DNA of 61,350 nucleotides from Candidatus Moraniibacteriota bacterium. Its GTDB lineage: Bacteria > Patescibacteriota > Minisyncoccia > Moranbacterales > UBA1568. The stretch is taken from the NCBI GenBank assembly GCA_037133435.1, contig JBAXOD010000005.1, positions 1-61,350 of the forward strand, in the 5' to 3' direction. Position 1 is the first letter of the stretch; each line of letters opens with the position of its first letter. Positions 16,356 to 25,603 of this stretch are shown here, piece by piece. Position numbers and translations under genes: made by a program. The notes beneath the pieces were generated by a model that had not been told where the DNA came from, did not search any database, and saw nothing but the letters and a program-made list of their open reading frames with translations.

Positions 16356-16688
16356 TCACGATGCCGCTCCGACCGATTTTGATTTTCTGCGTTTCGCAAG
16401 CCGATATGTCTTCTCAAGAGAGATACTCTCTGAACCCTTGAGAGTTTCCGGAAACAGGAGCTGAAGTGCCCGCACCCGTTTAACGGAAGAGGCATACTGA
16501 CGTCTGATACCCGCAAGACAATGATGCGAATGGTCCGGGATGGCACAATGCCCGATTTCTCCCGAAAACATACACCGACTCTTCCATCCCCGCATGGCGA
16601 CCCGTTCTTCCATCTCGGCAAAAAGCCAGTTGCGATGCTTCAGCGCCACGATAAGCTCATGCTTCCCTTGTTCCGATATCTGTCCCAT
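16356..16688 (-). CDS. Hypothetical 110-aa protein with a Cys/His cluster
   Basis: ATG preceded by GGGGG. Contains CMFSGEIGHCAIPDHSHHC. Co-oriented with hydA. Confidence 0.45.
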   Translation of the reverse strand: MGQISEQGKHELIVALKHRNWLFAEMEERVAMRGWKSRCMFSGEIGHCAIPDHSHHCLAGIRRQYASSVKRVRALQLLFPETLKGSESISLEKTYRLAKRRKSKSVGAAS

Positions 16689-16848
16689 GGTGCCCCCGTT
16701 TTTTGACCTCGTGTTTTGAAAGTTCCGTTGTATCCCTATCTTAGTGTATATACAACAATATGTCAAGCGTGTACGGGAGAGCGTCAATACGCGAAAAAAA
16801 AGAGCATTACGAATTCGTTCCGTAATGCCCCGTTGATACTTTCTCCGA

Positions 16849-17667
16849 TCACTCACGCAGATAGACGACCGTCGGTCGGTCGGTAAGCGATATATTGATG
16901 GTTGTTCCGGGATGGGCTTTTGCTCTCGCGAAAAGCGCGTCCGGATCTTTCCCGTTCTGCCGAAGGAAAACTTTCATATTCAAGGTTATGACCGGATCTT
17001 TCCCTCGAACACAACCGGTCGACAAACGATTTTCCCTTCCATCGCGTATTTCCGCCTGGTGCGCTTTGGTGGTGGCATGCATACCGAGATCGGTAATCTT
17101 CTTCCCGCGAAATGAAAACACGAAATACAGCTTCATCTTTCCAAGCGGATTGTCCTTCGCTCCGGGAAGAATCTCCTTCGGCGGCTTCTGTCCCTTTGCT
17201 CTTGCACGTTTTATCATTTCCGGCGTCGGGGTCCATTTCGGATTCAGGGCGACCATGTACACCTTCCCCTCGACACCGTACGGCAAGTCATCCGACTGTT
17301 TTCCCCGTGTCGCGGTCGCGACCGAAAATACCCTGATGACTCGCGTCCCGTTCTGATCGGAACCGATAATCCGCGCCTTGCAGGATTCGACCAGGATCTC
17401 GATACGATCGATCCGGGAGAACTCCTCTTGTCCGTAAACGGATGATCGGATCTTGTCCAATGCTTCGAAACCCGGTTCCGTTCCGGGGATCGCCCCGCCC
17501 ACATTTCCCGTTCCTTCGGATGGCATCGAGGACACCCTTTCCGATCGCGTTTCACGAAAACCGACTGCATCGTGCACACCGGTCGTTCGGGTCGAAGAGC
17601 AACCCGAAAAACATGAGAATAAGAGAAATAGTAACGCGAACATCCCGAAAAGTTTTCTTGCACGCAT
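16849..17667 (-). CDS. L,D-transpeptidase (YkuD family) lipoprotein
   Basis: Lipobox-like LFSCFSGC, IYM-type ALNPKWTP, NPLGKMKLYF and catalytic HAT...STGCVR. Confidence 0.85.
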   Translation of the reverse strand: MRARKLFGMFALLFLLFSCFSGCSSTRTTGVHDAVGFRETRSERVSSMPSEGTGNVGGAIPGTEPGFEALDKIRSSVYGQEEFSRIDRIEILVESCKARIIGSDQNGTRVIRVFSVATATRGKQSDDLPYGVEGKVYMVALNPKWTPTPEMIKRARAKGQKPPKEILPGAKDNPLGKMKLYFVFSFRGKKITDLGMHATTKAHQAEIRDGRENRLSTGCVRGKDPVITLNMKVFLRQNGKDPDALFARAKAHPGTTINISLTDRPTVVYLRE

Positions 17668-17819
17668 GGCGACCCCCTTGTCATTTTTTGGATATTGGTA
17701 AGGCACGTAACATGGAATGGTACCAAAAATTTCCTTTTTGTCAATAATAACCGCCTGTTTCCATGACAAAAAAACCGGCCTCATCCGGTTTTTCGCAATC
17801 CTCCATGAATATCTTATTG

Positions 17820-17890
17820 TCGGGCTGTCGGGAATCGAACCCGACCTACGTGCACCCCATGCACGCGTACTGCCGATATACTACAGCCCG
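17820..17890 (-). tRNA. tRNA-Pro(GGG), CCA not encoded
   Basis: Acceptor stem CGGGCTG/CAGCCCG, anticodon arm CGTGC-ATGGGGT-GCACG and T-loop GGTTCGATTCC. Confidence 0.95.
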
Positions 17891-18181
17891 GAACTCAGAC
17901 AATTCTTAATTTTTGTAATTTTTGAATTTTGTAAACCCTCCACCTAAACACTCCGCCTTTCGCATCCTATCATCACCTTCACCTTCGTAACGCTCTCACT
18001 TTTTCCGGGCGAACCCGATCTACGTGCTCCAGGGCGTCTCTTTTTCCTCGGAGACCTCGGGGTGGAAACGCCCGCAAAACGTGAACCTTCACGTTTCGCC
18101 CCCATGCATGCGTACTGCCGATATACTACAGCCCGGAACTCAGACAATTCTTAATTTTTGTAATTTTTGAATTTTGTAAAC
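17855..18181. repeat. 82-bp direct repeat (17855-17936 and 18100-18181) covering the tRNA 5' half and its upstream sequence
   Basis: The two copies differ by one base and are offset by 245 bp. Confidence 0.95.
18006..18135 (-). pseudogene. Disrupted second copy of tRNA-Pro(GGG)
   Basis: The 5' half is intact. A 72-nt double-hairpin insert follows the anticodon loop. GCACGTAGATCGGGTTCG is then fused to CCCG, an 11-nt deletion in the T-arm and acceptor stem. Confidence 0.8.
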
Positions 18182-18620
18182 ATTCTCTCATTGCGTGTTC
18201 GCTACTGATTCCTTATCCTCGGAGCTCTTGGAAATCTTCGCGAAAATAAGCGTGAGCTGATGAGCCTCATTCCAATGTTTCCTGCATTCGCCCTTATAAT
18301 CCTCTTCGGCGACAGCTATCATCCTGAACCAATGTTTGCTTTCGTTCGCCTCCTTCTGACAAATCCGTATCTTATTCCTAAAATCCTTTTTGGAACATGC
18401 CTGATTGGCTTCCATGTAATTCGCGCCGACACTCGTCGAGGACCGTATCAATTGATTTATGAGCGGTCGAACGACATCGTTCCTTCTGACTTTCTTGCAA
18501 AACAGTATCGTTTCTTCACCGAACTTCGCACACCGCTCTTCCAAGTCGTACTGCATAGCGTTACAATTTATAATTTCTGTGCTATTTTGATCTGTAAAAA
18601 TTACAAAATTAAAAATTGTC
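18139..18620 (-). mobile_element. IVS-like unit: four-helix-bundle gene flanked by AT-rich inverted arms
   Basis: GACAATTCTTAATTTTTGTAATTTTT (from about 18143) is the imperfect reverse complement of AAAAATTACAAAATTAAAAATTGTC (ending about 18620). Confidence 0.6.
18188..18556 (-). CDS. Four-helix-bundle protein (23S rRNA IVS protein/bAvd-like family)
   Basis: LEERCAKFG...QLIRSSTSVGANYMEA...KDFRNKIRICQKEANESKHW. Confidence 0.93.
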   Translation of the reverse strand: MQYDLEERCAKFGEETILFCKKVRRNDVVRPLINQLIRSSTSVGANYMEANQACSKKDFRNKIRICQKEANESKHWFRMIAVAEEDYKGECRKHWNEAHQLTLIFAKISKSSEDKESVANTQ

Positions 18621-18621
18621 C

Positions 18622-19239
18622 CTATTCAAGTATCCCATCCATATTCACGTCATACAGGATCGCCTCCTGCAAGTGACGGTAATTCAGGAGTTCTTCTTCA
18701 CGGAACCAGATCGGTGTCTCCTTTTCCGCTTCCTCGGGATTCCCCGACGCATGAATCAGGTTGCGGATCGAACGGTTGTCCGAGTCGGAAATCTGATAGG
18801 AATCGATGGTGAAATCCCCGCGGATCGTTCCCACGTCGCTCGTCATCGGCTCGGTCGTTCCGGTGATCTTGCGCACGACTCCGACCGCCCCGTTCCCTTC
18901 CCAGACCATCGCCACGACCGGGCCCGAGGAAAGATACGTCGCGTTCGCTTTCAGGATGGCGAGACCGTTCTCACGATATGTCGCGTACGGCGATTTCTGG
19001 CCTTTTCTGGCATACGAATCGGCGCCCTTCTTCCCGACGCCCTCCAGCCATTCCTCGCCGCCGACCATGTAGTGCTCCGTCGCCATCTCGGGGGTCGGAA
19101 TGAGCATCTTCGAGGCGATAAGCTTGAGGCCCGTCCGCTCATAACGCGAGATGATCTCGCCCACGAGCGAACGCTGGACTCCGTCCGGTTTGACGATGAC
19201 GAGGGTCCGTTCCTTTTTCGGATGCGTTGTTTCAGCCAT
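18622..19239 (-). CDS. ndk: Nucleoside-diphosphate kinase
   Basis: TLVIVKPDGVQR, GTIRGDF and NLIHASG. Confidence 0.97.
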   Translation of the reverse strand: MAETTHPKKERTLVIVKPDGVQRSLVGEIISRYERTGLKLIASKMLIPTPEMATEHYMVGGEEWLEGVGKKGADSYARKGQKSPYATYRENGLAILKANATYLSSGPVVAMVWEGNGAVGVVRKITGTTEPMTSDVGTIRGDFTIDSYQISDSDNRSIRNLIHASGNPEEAEKETPIWFREEELLNYRHLQEAILYDVNMDGILE

Positions 19240-19424
19240 ACTTCGATGATAGTGATTACGTCCTGTCTTCCCTTTGTAGCACGGGCAAAGGAAGAAATCA
19301 AACGAACGCCGGTCGTCAAAGTACCTCTTAAGAAAAATAAAATCCTGCCGGGAGGTTTCCGGCAGGATTGAAAAAGACTCGTTTCCACGTTCGTTTCAAT
19401 CTGCGTCGCCTGATACGGAAACGC

Positions 19425-19841
19425 TCAGCCCGCCACCTGAAAACAAGCTGCGTTCGCCACGGGTGTTTCAAGATACGTCTTGATACGTTCGGGGGCATCC
19501 AATCCCCTGATATAGCAATGACATCCCGCTTCTTCGATCATTCTTTTTCCGATTTCCTCCACAGCACCTATTCCGAAAATGGGAATATGAGGATATTTAC
19601 CCCGGATCTTCTTGATGATTCCAAGAGTATTCAATACGCGATACGGATAGTGAAGAGGCGCTTCTTTCGATGTCTGCACGAAAGACGAAACCGCGATAAG
19701 GGACCAGTCAGTTTGCGACTCAAGCAATTTCGATCCGTCTTCTTGAGTAACCGAAAAATTCAGGGAATACGAACGATCAAGATTCTTCACCCAATAAGCG
19801 TGTATCCAGGTATCCCCTCCGATAAACAGGATCCTTTTCAT
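19425..19841 (-). CDS. Degenerate response-regulator receiver-like domain
   Basis: MKRILFIGGD...IKKIRGKYPHIPIFGIGA...EAGCHCYI follows the receiver (REC) pattern. The phospho-acceptor Asp and conserved Lys are not evident. Confidence 0.55.
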   Translation of the reverse strand: MKRILFIGGDTWIHAYWVKNLDRSYSLNFSVTQEDGSKLLESQTDWSLIAVSSFVQTSKEAPLHYPYRVLNTLGIIKKIRGKYPHIPIFGIGAVEEIGKRMIEEAGCHCYIRGLDAPERIKTYLETPVANAACFQVAG

Positions 19842-19923
19842 TGAAAATGAGTTTGATTGTTAACGAAGACTTCAAGACAAGTACACCGTACTGTAATACA
19901 CACCGCGCGTCAAATAATTTGCC

Positions 19924-20778
19924 TCACTTCGCCACCCCGGCAAACGTACACCCCGTCGCCTCGGAAATACACCGATATACGATGTCCCCGTCGCGGTCCG
20001 TCCGGCGAATGATCGCCCCGGCATCGGTCAACCGGGCGATGACTCCCGCGTCCGGATGACCATAGCTGTTTTGCCCCACGGAGATGACGGCTTCCTTCGG
20101 CCGCACCAGATCGAGGAATGCCTGACTCGTGGCGTACTTCGATCCGTGATGGGAAACTTTGAGGACCTCCGCCTCCCCGATATTCGGGAGAAACTTTTCC
20201 TCGTCGGGCAGATCTCCGGTCAAGAGGAAGTCCGTCTCACCGAACGAGAACCGGGATACGATGCTACCCTCATTGGAAGCCCCGCTATCGGACACCGTGT
20301 CGGGATAGAGCACCCGGAGCGTCCCACCCCTGGGAAACGTGATGGAAAGCTGTCGTCGCGTGTCGATCGTCGTCGTCAGGCCGGGGTTGCCGAGTGATTT
20401 CTTGAGCAGCTCGAAAACCTGTGACGAGGACGCGGCGCCGGTCGACAGGTAGTCGGGTACGCGATACATCGTGGCGAGATCCGGTATCCCGCCGATATGG
20501 TCCGCGTCCGGATGTGTCGTGATGACCGCCTCGATCGTCCGGTCCCAGAACGGGATATGACGCGCCACGGCCGAAAGCAGTGTCTTACCGCTGCGTCCCC
20601 CGTCGATGAGGATCTGGTTCGATCCCTGCGAGATGAGGATCGCGTCGCCTTGGCCCACATCGAGAAAGACGATTTTCGTCTCGCGTCCGTTCGTCCATGC
20701 CTGATACGCGAATACCCCGCCGATGACGGCGGTCCCGAAAAGCGCAAGGAAGAATATCCGGAACAGGAGCGATCTCAT
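19924..20778 (-). CDS. ComEC/Rec2-related metallo-beta-lactamase fold protein
   Basis: FLDVGQGDAILI, THPDADHIGG, LLTGD and LKVSHHGS. Confidence 0.93.
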   Translation of the reverse strand: MRSLLFRIFFLALFGTAVIGGVFAYQAWTNGRETKIVFLDVGQGDAILISQGSNQILIDGGRSGKTLLSAVARHIPFWDRTIEAVITTHPDADHIGGIPDLATMYRVPDYLSTGAASSSQVFELLKKSLGNPGLTTTIDTRRQLSITFPRGGTLRVLYPDTVSDSGASNEGSIVSRFSFGETDFLLTGDLPDEEKFLPNIGEAEVLKVSHHGSKYATSQAFLDLVRPKEAVISVGQNSYGHPDAGVIARLTDAGAIIRRTDRDGDIVYRCISEATGCTFAGVAK

Positions 20779-20843
20779 ATGCCGTTATCGTTGTTTTCCT
20801 ATCTTCCCACAAACCCGAAAAAATGAAAAATCAGGCCGAATAA

Positions 20844-20872
20844 TTGACAAACAGGAAGATTTCCTGTATCCA
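20844..20872 (+). promoter_or_regulatory. argB promoter with a palindrome in the spacer
   Basis: TTGACA-N17-TATCCA. ACAGGAAGATTTCCTGT at 20851-20867 is a near-perfect inverted repeat. Confidence 0.6.
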
Positions 20873-20920
20873 AAGAAGTATTCCTTACCAATTTTCATCA
20901 ACGATAAACGGAGAGAAGAC

Positions 20921-21784
20921 ATGCCGGACAAGCAAACCGAATCCTTTTTGAAGACCGTTCCTGAAGCGCTTCTGGAAGCGTTGCCTTACATTCATAAATT
21001 CAGCGGCGCAACGTTCGTGATCAAATATGGAGGCGCGGCTATTAAACAAAACGGTCTCAGAAGTTCATTCGCGAAAGAACTCGTGCTCCTCCAAAAAGTA
21101 GGGATACGAACGGTCCTCGTCCACGGTGGTGGCGACGCGATTAGCGAAGCGACAGAACAACGAAACCTGAAGCCAAAAAAAATCGACGGGAAACGCGTAA
21201 CGACGAAAGAGATTATGGATATCGTCCGAGAAGTCCTCGGTGGCAGGGTAAATCAGGATATTGTGCAACTGCTCATATCAAACGGAGGAAAAGCCTGCGG
21301 AGTAAGTGGACTCTCAATGGATCTGATCCACGTCGTACCTTGTCAAAACGCGGCTCTGCTCGGTTACGTCGGCGACGTCGAATCTATAAATGTCGAGAAT
21401 TTACTCTATCTTCTCGAACGATTTATCCCGGTCATCGCCCCGCTCGGAATTGGGCCGGACGGAGCACTCTACAACATCAACGCCGACGATGCCGCGAGTG
21501 CCATCGCAACGGCGCTCAAGGCGGAAAAACTCATTTACATGAGCGATGTCGATGGGATACTGGACAGCGAAAAGACAACTATTCAGGCCGTTTCTGAAAA
21601 AATGGCTTCAACGATGATCCAGGAGGGGGTTATCAAGAGCGGAATGATTCCGAAAACATTGTCCGGTATCCAGGCTTTAAAAAAGGGGGTCGGAGCAGTT
21701 CACATGATAAATGGGAACCTTCATTCGCTACTCTTGGAAATATTCACCGACCGTGGAGTCGGCACGAAGCTCACTCTCCTTTGA
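20921..21784 (+). CDS. argB: Acetylglutamate kinase
   Basis: EALPYIHKFSGATFVIKYGGAA, VLVHGGG, RVTT, YNINADDAA and GMIPK. Confidence 0.92.
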   Translation: MPDKQTESFLKTVPEALLEALPYIHKFSGATFVIKYGGAAIKQNGLRSSFAKELVLLQKVGIRTVLVHGGGDAISEATEQRNLKPKKIDGKRVTTKEIMDIVREVLGGRVNQDIVQLLISNGGKACGVSGLSMDLIHVVPCQNAALLGYVGDVESINVENLLYLLERFIPVIAPLGIGPDGALYNINADDAASAIATALKAEKLIYMSDVDGILDSEKTTIQAVSEKMASTMIQEGVIKSGMIPKTLSGIQALKKGVGAVHMINGNLHSLLLEIFTDRGVGTKLTLL

Positions 21785-21804
21785 ATTTTATTATCGGATC
21801 AACA

Positions 21805-23316
21805 TCATTCCGGAAGAGCCTCTGTTTGGTTCTTCCGGATTTTATTTTTTTCGTTACCGAATTTCCGCTTAAGAAAAAAGAAGATCGGGAAGACGACCGC
21901 GTACCAGGCTATCGTCTCCGCCCAACCGAAATGATCCCATACAATGGCGGAATCCCGGAAGGATGCGGCGAAATGCGCGCCCGCGATGATCGGAGCGAGC
22001 GTGGCGTATGCGGGGAACGCGAAGACCGCTCCGAGCGGGGCAGACACGGCCCCGGCGACGCCCGCGACGAACGAGAACAGCATGGCAAGCGGTATCGCGG
22101 GCAGGAGCACCGCATTCGCTACGATCGCGATGGGCGCGAACTTCCCGAAATTCGCGAAGATCACCGGCATCAGGAACGCGTTGGCCGACACGGTAAGCAA
22201 AAGCGCCTCGAGAAACGACTCGATCGCATGCGGAGCCTTCCGAAGCACGGTTCGCACGATCGGCGACGAGACGATGATTCCCGCGGTCGCGAGAAAAGAT
22301 AATTGGAACCCGACGTCGTACAGAAGGAGCATCGGATTGAGCGCGAGCATCACGGCCGCGACGAAACAGAGCGCCCACAGATTCGCATACCTCCTGCCGA
22401 TCCACTGCGCGAGAAGCATCGTGGACGCCATACCGAGCGCGCGCACCGCGGATGCGGGAGCCCCGGCGACGAAGACGAACGCGGTCGTTCCCACAAGCGC
22501 GAACGGCACCGCCTTGCGACGTGGCAGAAACAGTACGATGCCGAGCAACAGGAAGTATTCCGCGATAATCGAGATATTGTATCCGGACACGGCGACGATA
22601 TGGGTAAGCCCGGCGGCACGGAAATCGTCCCGGACCGAAGCCGGCAGCTGGCCGGAGCCGCCGATCAGGAGTCCGATCGCGAAACTCGATTCCGGTTCGG
22701 GCAACGCGTGCGCGATAGCCGACTCGAAACCCGAAGAGATGCCGAGCAGAGCGCGTCGGATCGGCCGGGTCTCCCCCGTTTTCCGCCAGACCGGTTCACG
22801 GCAACGATACGCGATCCCGTCCTTCGCGTAATATGTTTTCCATGTCGCGTCCGGCGGTTCAAGCGCGCACGAGAACGTACCTTTGTCCCCGTACGATATA
22901 TCCGTAAGGAGCGGGAATCGGACCAATACGAAATCGGCCGGACAGGGTCCGGCCTCGCACGAGGAAAGCGTGACGACGGCTTCACGATATGTCTCCGAAA
23001 CCGCCGGCTTGCGGATGATTTCGGCAGTGCCGGAAACGGTCTGCGGCGGCCGTTCGGATAGCCAATAGGATACGGAGTGCGCGGCCAGAAAACATCCGGC
23101 AGCGCACGCTATGAGAATACACGATATGAAAACGGTCCGACGTTCCTGCCAGATCCCGATCACGGCCACGGCGAACGAAAGCAGCGCGAGGGGAAAAATC
23201 GGGGTCGCCTCCGGAAACGAAGAACCGACAAAAATGCCGACAATAAAAGCGATGACGGAATACCGGAATACCGACGCGGGAGTGACGGGAAAACGGATCG
23301 AAGACGCGACATCCAT
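21805..23316 (-). CDS. comEC: ComEC competence protein (membrane domain)
   Basis: AGLTHIVAVSGYNI, ASAVRA and DVGFQLSFLAT. Confidence 0.95.
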   Translation of the reverse strand: MDVASSIRFPVTPASVFRYSVIAFIVGIFVGSSFPEATPIFPLALLSFAVAVIGIWQERRTVFISCILIACAAGCFLAAHSVSYWLSERPPQTVSGTAEIIRKPAVSETYREAVVTLSSCEAGPCPADFVLVRFPLLTDISYGDKGTFSCALEPPDATWKTYYAKDGIAYRCREPVWRKTGETRPIRRALLGISSGFESAIAHALPEPESSFAIGLLIGGSGQLPASVRDDFRAAGLTHIVAVSGYNISIIAEYFLLLGIVLFLPRRKAVPFALVGTTAFVFVAGAPASAVRALGMASTMLLAQWIGRRYANLWALCFVAAVMLALNPMLLLYDVGFQLSFLATAGIIVSSPIVRTVLRKAPHAIESFLEALLLTVSANAFLMPVIFANFGKFAPIAIVANAVLLPAIPLAMLFSFVAGVAGAVSAPLGAVFAFPAYATLAPIIAGAHFAASFRDSAIVWDHFGWAETIAWYAVVFPIFFFLKRKFGNEKNKIRKNQTEALPE

Positions 23317-23401
23317 GTTCTTTCAGAAACGACAGATAAGGACCGGCGGGAAAACCATTTCTCCTTTTCCTTCCTGTTTTTCGTTTTCTGTTTTTTGCTT
23401 C

Positions 23402-23460
23402 GCCACGCCGTAGCCTTGGCAGAGGCGGGTTCGCCTCGCCGTAGCCATGACGCAGGTGGG
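23402..23460. repeat. Two tandem copies of the CCACGCCG...AGGCGGG palindrome family
   Basis: Copies at 23402-23429 and 23433-23460. Relatives at 7955-7983, 50275-50302 and 179-208. Confidence 0.75.
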
Positions 23461-23596
23461 ATCCCGGTTCAATGCTCTCTGTTCGTTCAATTTGGAAATT
23501 GTGAATTGGAAATTGATCATTGACACCCTGTTCCCAACCCGTTATCAGTTCCTTTTTTTGTAAGTTGTCAGTCGTAAGTTGTCAGTTTCTTCATTG

Positions 23597-24043
23597 TCAT
23601 TCCAGATTTTCGATCGCCTTTTTGAAACGTTCGACACTCCCGAAAGACTGGTAGACGCTGGCGAACCGGATATAGGCGACCTCGTCGGCCTCCTTGAGTT
23701 TTTCGAGGACGATCCGACCGATCTCCTTGCTCGTCACTTCCGGCGAATGTTTGGCATGCAGATCGTACTCGATCTCGTCGAGGATCCGATCGATTTTCTC
23801 TTCGCTCCCCGGCCGTTTCTCGAACGCCCGACGGAGTCCGGCCTCGATCTTCTTGCGGTCGTAATCCTCCCTCCGACCGTCCTTTTTCACGACGGAAATC
23901 GCGACGATTTCGGCCTCCTCATAGGTACTGAAACGCGCCGAACAACGCTCGCATTCGCGTCGTCTGCGAATCGCCCGACCCTCCTTCGTTTCGCGGGAGT
24001 CGACGACCTTCGTATCGGTATTGCCGCAATACGGGCAAATCAT
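23597..24043 (-). CDS. nrdR: Transcriptional repressor NrdR
   Basis: MICPYC...RRRRECERCSARFSTYE, ATP cone and AYIRFASVY. Confidence 0.97.
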   Translation of the reverse strand: MICPYCGNTDTKVVDSRETKEGRAIRRRRECERCSARFSTYEEAEIVAISVVKKDGRREDYDRKKIEAGLRRAFEKRPGSEEKIDRILDEIEYDLHAKHSPEVTSKEIGRIVLEKLKEADEVAYIRFASVYQSFGSVERFKKAIENLE

Positions 24044-24152
24044 AGGAATATATGTGGCACAGTGCCTTCACGGATACTATATACCACATTCATGGAAAAA
24101 GAAAAGGGGGTGGTCAACCCCACCCTCTTCGGACACTGCGGTTTCGACGGAA

Positions 24153-25406
24153 TCAATCCTTTTTCATTTTCCGCCGGATGAATGCCGGAATCTCAAGATC
24201 CTCGCTCTCGTCGATGATATCCTTGGCACTGTCGCGAGCCTGCGACGGTTTCGGCTGGATCTTTTCCTCGATGATCATGCCGGGATTCTCCACCATCCGC
24301 CGCGTGCTCTCGAACGCGGAACGGGTGAACGCCTCGTCGAGATCCGTTTCCGGTTCCTCCAGACGCTCCGTGAGTTTCGCGATGGAGGGCGAAGGCTTGG
24401 ACGAAGGCTGAACCCTCGTGACCAGGCCGGATCGACTATCCTTAATGCGGTCCGCGTCGAAACCGGTCGCGACGACGGTGATCTGAATCTCACCCTTGCG
24501 AATCTGATCGTCCACCACGGCACCGAAGATGACCTTGGCGTTCGGATCGATGTTCTCGGTGATGATATTCGCCGCCTCGTTGATCTCGAGCATGCCGAGA
24601 TCGGCCGAACCCGAAATATTGATAAGTACTCCCTTGGCGCCATCGATGGACAGTTCGAGCAACGGGCTGTTGATGGCCGCCTTGGCCGCTTCCTCGGCCC
24701 GGTTGTCGCCGGAAGCGATACCGATGCCCATCAGGGCCGATCCACTGTCCTCGAGGATCGCGCGTACGTCGGCGAAGTCGACATTGACGATACCCGGCTT
24801 GGTGATGAGGTCGGAAATGCCCTGCACACCCTGTCGGAGCACGTCGTCGACGATACGGAACGCGTTGATGAGCGAGGTTTTCTTGTCGATGATGGAAAGA
24901 AGGCGATCGTTCGGGATGGTGATAAGCGAATCGACGCGCTCACGAAGACTCTCGAGCCCCTCGGCCGCGATGGAACGGCGCTGGGCGCCCTCGAACGCGA
25001 ACGGTTTCGTCACGACGCCGATGGTCAGCGCACCGAGCTCCTTGGCGGTCTCCGCCACGATCGGGGCCGCTCCGGTACCGGTGCCGCCGCCGAGCCCGCA
25101 CGCCACGAACACCATGTCCGCTCCCTTGAGGACTTCCTGGATCTCGTCGCGATTTTCCTCGGCCGCCTGCCGACCGATCTCCGGATTCATGCCCGCTCCG
25201 AGTCCCTTGGTCAGGTTCTTGCCGATATGGATTTTCTCCGCCGCCTTCGAATGATGCAGTGCCTGCGCGTCGGTATTGATCGCCACGAATTCGACCCCCT
25301 TGATCTTGGAGTCGATCATCCTGGAAATGACATTGCCACCGGACCCTCCGACGCCGACGACTTTGATCTTCGCGAACGTCTCGATATCTGGTTTGATCTC
25401 TGCCAT
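24153..25406 (-). CDS. ftsZ: Cell division protein FtsZ
   Basis: [21 protein letters not shown] and NVDFADV. Start set at MAEIKPD. Confidence 0.98.
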   Translation of the reverse strand: MAEIKPDIETFAKIKVVGVGGSGGNVISRMIDSKIKGVEFVAINTDAQALHHSKAAEKIHIGKNLTKGLGAGMNPEIGRQAAEENRDEIQEVLKGADMVFVACGLGGGTGTGAAPIVAETAKELGALTIGVVTKPFAFEGAQRRSIAAEGLESLRERVDSLITIPNDRLLSIIDKKTSLINAFRIVDDVLRQGVQGISDLITKPGIVNVDFADVRAILEDSGSALMGIGIASGDNRAEEAAKAAINSPLLELSIDGAKGVLINISGSADLGMLEINEAANIITENIDPNAKVIFGAVVDDQIRKGEIQITVVATGFDADRIKDSRSGLVTRVQPSSKPSPSIAKLTERLEEPETDLDEAFTRSAFESTRRMVENPGMIIEEKIQPKPSQARDSAKDIIDESEDLEIPAFIRRKMKKD

Positions 25407-25603
25407 ACGAATAGGGGCACTAAAGAATAACGACGCATTCGGGCGGTAACGGCTTTCCCTTTTCGAAGTCTTACTGTAGCACGCCGAAAAAGCCCGTGTC
25501 AAGCAGTATTTTTTCTCTTCGTGTTGGTTTTTAGCCTTTCTATCGGTGTTTTTTTCTGCCATCTCCGCGGGCACCGCACGAAATTTCCATCCGATCATTC
25601 CGT

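Noticed and set aside
16268-16621. 118-aa N-terminal extension of the hydrogenase
   Set aside because: It has no domain features and overlaps a better ORF in another frame. Homology begins at METVTFTING.
18028-18099. Self-splicing group I intron in tRNA-Pro
   Set aside because: It is only 72 nt with no catalytic core motifs, and the host copy has a broken T-arm and acceptor stem.
18188-18556. Diversity-generating retroelement (Avd-like gene)
   Set aside because: There is no reverse transcriptase and no template/variable repeat pair with adenine-specific mismatches in the window.
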